Source: Methanobacteriota archaeon (lineage in GTDB: Archaea; Hydrothermarchaeota; Hydrothermarchaeia; Hydrothermarchaeales; JACRDW01). From it: a stretch of 10,921 nt of DNA. The first letter of the stretch is position 1. Every line of letters starts with the position of its first letter. Shown piece by piece: positions 7,226 to 10,921 of this stretch. A program made the translations under genes and the position numbers. Where the stretch lies: the NCBI GenBank assembly GCA_043820925.1, contig JBDRDL010000072.1, forward strand, positions 1-10,921, in the 5' to 3' direction. Under the pieces are notes generated by a model. That model saw nothing but the letters and a program-made list of their open reading frames with translations, was not told where the DNA came from and did no database searches.

Positions 7226-7283
7226 CGTTTACAAAGGAAAAAAATAAACCGATATAAACGCCTGAAATCTGAAAAAACAGGCG
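7226..7283. promoter_or_regulatory. Two tandem palindromic sites (CGYYTR-N13-YARRCS) just upstream of the CWB2 gene TATA region
   Basis: CGTTTA(7226-7231)-N13-TAAACC(7245-7250) and CGCCTG(7259-7264)-N13-CAGGCG(7278-7283), 33-bp period. TATA-like minus-strand TTATATTAAAT at ~7205-7215. Confidence 0.6.
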
Positions 7284-7291
7284 ATAACCTT

Positions 7292-8137
7292 TTATTTCGA
7301 TTTCGTTCGCACCAAAGACCCAGCACGCAAAGCAGCGCCGAGCAATACCAGGTTTTGCCTCGATTTGACGAGTTTTACTTCCGAGTCCAGGAATATCCCC
7401 CCTATATTTGAAACGCCCCCACCCACCACGATAATCTCGGGATTGTATTTCTCAGCAATAATTGAGAGTCCTTTAGCCAGATAATCTCTCGCTTCTTTTA
7501 TAATCTTCTTTGCTGTTTTATCCCCTTTTCTTGCAGCGTCCGCTATCTTTTTGGCACTCGCTTTTTTGCCGCCCAGCTGCTCGTATCTCAATTCAATTGC
7601 TTCTCCAGAGGCATATGCTTCAAGGCAGCCTCTTGCACCGCAGGCGCACTGCCTGCCGTTCTTTTCAATGGTTATGTGCCCGATTTCTTCGCTGGCATTT
7701 TTCGGATTTTTCTCGAGTTTGTTGTTTACTATTGCAGCGCCGCCAATACCGGTACCAAGCGTAAGCGCCACCATATTTTTTGCTCTGTAAATTCTGTGCG
7801 CTCCGAGGGCGAACATTCTCGCATCGTTGTCGAGGGCAACTTTAACTTTAAAAGTTTTCTCGAGAATCTCCTTGACTGGAACGTTTACCAGGCAGGGTAT
7901 GTGCGGCGATTGCACCACGATGCTCTTTTCCGGACTTACAGGTCCGGCTATTCCTATGCCAATCGCAAAAACCGAGGCATCAAAAACCTTCTCAATCGTG
8001 CTGATTATGTTTTTCAGAACAGCTTCCCTGCCCTTCGCAGCTTCAGTTTTTCTCTTAATCTTTTTTACAATCTTCCAATCAGATACAAGCGCTGCCTCTA
8101 TTTTACTTCCACCCACATCAACGCCGATGAGCTTCAT
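7292..8137 (-). CDS. ROK-family sugar kinase (glucokinase-like, divergent)
   Basis: [12 protein letters not shown]-binding motif, [22 protein letters not shown], Zn motif [27 protein letters not shown]. No N-terminal HTH, so a kinase rather than a repressor. Confidence 0.9.
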   Translation of the reverse strand: MKLIGVDVGGSKIEAALVSDWKIVKKIKRKTEAAKGREAVLKNIISTIEKVFDASVFAIGIGIAGPVSPEKSIVVQSPHIPCLVNVPVKEILEKTFKVKVALDNDARMFALGAHRIYRAKNMVALTLGTGIGGAAIVNNKLEKNPKNASEEIGHITIEKNGRQCACGARGCLEAYASGEAIELRYEQLGGKKASAKKIADAARKGDKTAKKIIKEARDYLAKGLSIIAEKYNPEIIVVGGGVSNIGGIFLDSEVKLVKSRQNLVLLGAALRAGSLVRTKSK

Positions 8138-8912
8138 TTTTTCAAAATCTCAAGCGCAACTTCTGCTGCTTTCTTCCCTGAGAGCAGCATCGCCCCAAAA
8201 GTAGGACCCATCCTCGGCAGCCCATATACTGTTGAGACTACCATTCCTGCAACGATTAGCCCCGGATGCGCTTCACCTGTATGCTCCACAACCGCATCTT
8301 CACTTTTTTCGACCCACATTGCGCCAAAGCCCTTTATCTTCATTAAACCTCTCCTCACGAGCGCATTTACTACTTCTGCATCGTGACCCGTCGCATCTAT
8401 AACTACCTTGGACTGAATCGAAATAGGGTCAACGCAGGTTATCTCTCTGGGCATCGAGGCAACAGGAGTCCAGTTAACGACAACGCCTGCAACTCTATTA
8501 TTCTCCCTTAAAACCACATCGTCCACTTTGGTTAAATTCAATATTTTAATCCCGGCATCGCACGCAGCAGCTATCAGCCTTGAGCACGCATGGGGACCGT
8601 CAGCGACGTATAAACCTTTTGTGAACTCCTTGTAAGGAACACCAATCTCGTCCAGAACTTTTTGTGCAGGCGCCCTAACAGTAACCTTGTTCATTAAATA
8701 GCCGCCTATCCAGAAGCCGCCCCGAGATAGTTGTTTCTTTCGATGATGAGCGTTTTTATCCCTTTGCTCGCAAGCTCCTTTCCAGCCATTAAGCCTGCAG
8801 GTCCTCCTCCGGCAATTACAACATCACTCTCGGCATAGGCTGCGAGGTCTTTTGAGAAACTTTCCACAATTGCCCTGGTAACGTCCTTTTCCTCGACTTT
8901 GTCGAATAGCAT
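8134..8912 (-). pseudogene. thi4: Thiazole (ADT) synthase Thi4, split by a 1-nt frameshift (real lesion or sequencing error)
   Basis: MLFDKVEEKDVTRAIV...[12 protein letters not shown]...ERNNYLG continues in another frame as [16 protein letters not shown]...TCVDP...DATGHDA...[16 protein letters not shown]. One base is missing at the C4 run 8720-8723; the repaired ORF is 259 aa. SD GAGG before the ATG at 8912. Confidence 0.93.
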
Positions 8913-8934
8913 TTTTTCCTCAATCAGAGAATAA

Positions 8935-8958
8935 GTTTTATCTATATAAAGATTTTTA
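8935..8958. promoter_or_regulatory. Divergent promoter region shared by thi4 and thpR
   Basis: TTTTATCTATATAAAG in a 55-bp intergenic gap; reads TTTATATA on the minus strand with an A-rich BRE-like element upstream. Confidence 0.55.
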
Positions 8959-8967
8959 GCAATTAGC

Positions 8968-9522
8968 ATGAGAAGCTTCATTGCAGTTGATATAAAAAAC
9001 GAAAAGGTGGAGGCGGCAGTGGAGGAACTCAAAAAAGTAAAGGCAGATGTTAAAGTTGTGGAGCCGCAAAACCTGCACCTGACTTTGAAATTTCTCGGCG
9101 AGATTCCAGAAGATGTCATTGAAAAAATTTATGCAGCTATGCAGGAATCATTTAAGTCTTTTCAGCCATTTGACATTTCCATGCACAGCATCGGAGTTTT
9201 CCCGAGTTTGAAATACATGCGTGTTGTTTGGGTCGGTTTTGAAGATGGCAGAAAAAATCTAATCGAGATGCAGCGCAGCCTGGATGCGAATTTAATCGGA
9301 TTGAAATTCAAGCCTGAAAATAGGTTCGACCCTCACTTAACGATAGGAAGGGTAAAATCTCCGAGAGGAAAAGAAGAGCTGAAGAATTTTGTGCTGAAGC
9401 ATAAAGATACTGATTTTGGGAGCGCTGTCGTAGACAAAGTCGAGCTCAAAAAAAGCGTGCTGACGCCGAAGGGACCGATTTATTCGGCGGTAAAAACATG
9501 CGAGCTCAAAATATCTCGCTGA
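8968..9522 (+). CDS. thpR: RNA 2',3'-cyclic phosphodiesterase / 2'-5' RNA ligase (2H phosphoesterase, LigT family)
   Basis: MRSFIAVDI, two HxT motifs (NLHLTLKFLGE, FDPHLTIGRVK), GVFP...RVVWVG, KSVLTPKGPIY. Confidence 0.95.
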   Translation: MRSFIAVDIKNEKVEAAVEELKKVKADVKVVEPQNLHLTLKFLGEIPEDVIEKIYAAMQESFKSFQPFDISMHSIGVFPSLKYMRVVWVGFEDGRKNLIEMQRSLDANLIGLKFKPENRFDPHLTIGRVKSPRGKEELKNFVLKHKDTDFGSAVVDKVELKKSVLTPKGPIYSAVKTCELKISR

Positions 9523-10381
9523 ATTCTTCTGTCGTCGTGAAGAGTTTCATATATTCTTCTTCGGAAATTGCACTTTTCTTCAGCAAATATTTTTCCGCTT
9601 CTCCTCTTTTTTCAATCGCAGTTTTTTCGAGTTTTTTTAACTTTTTCGGCACAGAATTTTCTTTCAAAATTCTGAGCACCTGCCTGTAGATGCCTTTACT
9701 GCCGTAAAAAAACTTTGCCTCGTTCATGATTTTGCATGCCACGATGTGCTCGAAGGTGTCGAATTTCGCCTGCTCCGCAACCCTGCTAAGACTTTTTATT
9801 ATATAGTCTATTTCTTCCTTGCACGGCTGCTTCAAAAGGACTGCCTTGATTTCATATATCGCTTCATCGAGCTTCTTCAAGCCGGAAAAATCATCCCTCG
9901 TTATCACGATAATATCCAAGTCAGAGCCGGCGACGAGCTCGCCCGTGCTGCGCTCAGGTCTCGGATTGTCGTGCGCCATTCCTACTGCAACATCACCGCC
10001 GATTATAAAGCAGGTTTGAGTTTGCACGCCGGTAAGTTTCTTTGCTATTTCCGCAACTGCATTCTTGGCGAGTTTGAATTTGCGCCGGCTGATTTTTTTT
10101 ATTTCGAGGCTCAGCTTCCGGGCTTTCTGCCTTACCTTTGCCTCGTCCTTTTTGAGCCCGATAACAGAATAGGTCAGAAACTCCCGCTGAATCGCAGGCG
10201 AGAGCCTTGCATAGCCTTCCACGTCTTTGTCGAAGCGGAGGTAGTGCCTTCCAACTTTTTTTATAGTCAAATCCTCAGAATTGCACCTCCGCCAGAGTTC
10301 GAAAATCTCAATGCCTGTAAGTTCGTATAGCTCCCTCCCGGTTAGAGGTCCTTTTTCCAATATGCTGAGAATCTCTTCCAT
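9506..10381 (-). CDS. Uncharacterised protein: N-terminal HTH plus Pol-beta-like nucleotidyltransferase domain
   Basis: ILSILEKGPLTGRELYELTGI HTH-like start; FIIGGDVAVG...GSDLDIIVI with DxD; third carboxylate candidate in EEIDYII; IMNEAKFFYG resembles the end of minimal nucleotidyltransferases. Confidence 0.7.
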   Translation of the reverse strand: MEEILSILEKGPLTGRELYELTGIEIFELWRRCNSEDLTIKKVGRHYLRFDKDVEGYARLSPAIQREFLTYSVIGLKKDEAKVRQKARKLSLEIKKISRRKFKLAKNAVAEIAKKLTGVQTQTCFIIGGDVAVGMAHDNPRPERSTGELVAGSDLDIIVITRDDFSGLKKLDEAIYEIKAVLLKQPCKEEIDYIIKSLSRVAEQAKFDTFEHIVACKIMNEAKFFYGSKGIYRQVLRILKENSVPKKLKKLEKTAIEKRGEAEKYLLKKSAISEEEYMKLFTTTEEFSEIF

Positions 10382-10433
10382 AGAAAATAATCGCCTAAGA
10401 TATATTTATTATTTACAATATATAACTAAACAC

Positions 10434-10921
10434 ATGATTCAGATTTTAAGGAAAATCGCACCTTCTGAAAAGGAGAAGAAAAAGTTCAGCAAAACTGCCG
10501 AGAAGCTTTTGGCTGAAGTCGAGGAAGAGGTAAAGAAAATCGACGATAGGGCGATAGTTGCCCTGCTCGGCTCTGCTTCTCGCGATACTTGGTTACGCTA
10601 CGAGAAGGATATGGATGTATTTGTTCTGTTTCCGTTAGAGTACGAAAAGGCGCAGCTCGAGAAAATAGTCATGCAAATAGGCAGTAAAATTTTAGAAAAA
10701 TCCGAGAAGCGCTATGCAGAGCATCCGTATGTTAAAGGCTTTTACGAGGATTTTGAAGTAGAAATCGTGCCCTGCTATGCAGTCGAGAGCGCTTCCAAGC
10801 TGAAGTCCGCAGTGGATAGAACCCCTTTTCACGATGCGTTTGTAAAGGAGCATATCAAAGGAAAGGAGAACGAGGTGCGGCTGCTCAAGCAGTTTTTGAG
10901 CGGCATTTCCTGCTACGGAGC
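10434..10921 (+). CDS. cca: Archaeal class I CCA-adding enzyme (tRNA nucleotidyltransferase), partial at the window edge; not in ORF track
   Basis: Manual translation from ATG 10434: LLGSASRDTWLRYEKDMDVFVLFP...RYAEHPYV...EVEIVPCY...SAVDRTPFH...EVRLLKQFL.GISCYG; open to the end of the window. Confidence 0.96.
   Translation, partial: MIQILRKIAPSEKEKKKFSKTAEKLLAEVEEEVKKIDDRAIVALLGSASRDTWLRYEKDMDVFVLFPLEYEKAQLEKIVMQIGSKILEKSEKRYAEHPYVKGFYEDFEVEIVPCYAVESASKLKSAVDRTPFHDAFVKEHIKGKENEVRLLKQFLSGISCYG

Noticed and set aside
7510..8386. Plus-strand ORFs over ROK and thi4; likewise those at 1170, 1593, 2319, 2470, 2950, 3318, 4556, 4708, 9498, 9746 and 9819
   Set aside because: All lie largely antisense to well-supported genes and lack family signatures.
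8927..8943. Imperfect palindrome AGAATAAGTTTTATCT as a thiamine-regulator (ThiR) site
   Set aside because: Weak symmetry in AT-rich promoter DNA, and I cannot verify the consensus; no TPP riboswitch is visible either.
8706..9119. 137-aa minus-strand ORF as given in the track
   Set aside because: The upstream part is antisense to thpR; the real start is the ATG at 8912 and the ORF is the 5' piece of thi4.

Overview
Archaeal (Euryarchaeota-like) chromosomal segment, judged from TATA-type promoters, a class I CCA-adding enzyme, Thi4 and an AMA-type AAA ATPase. The left part (about 280-2570) is a toxin-antitoxin cluster. It holds an acylphosphatase-domain protein with a 21-bp-repeat coiled coil, a decayed hicB-hicA pair missed by the ORF track, and two intact antitoxin + PIN (VapC) pairs, each with repeated operator-like boxes in its promoter. 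The middle holds an AAA ATPase, a DUF4416-like gene followed by an odd Cys-rich in-frame tail, a DUF6775-like putative metallopeptidase, and a membrane-anchored winged-HTH regulator. That regulator converges on a secreted cell-wall-binding-repeat-2 protein whose promoter carries two tandem N13 palindromes. The right part holds a frameshifted Cys-type thi4 coupled to a divergent ROK kinase, then thpR (2H phosphoesterase), an uncharacterised HTH + Pol-beta nucleotidyltransferase, and the 5' part of cca. No rRNA, tRNA, CRISPR array or transposase was recognised. Family names come from motif recognition, not database searches.
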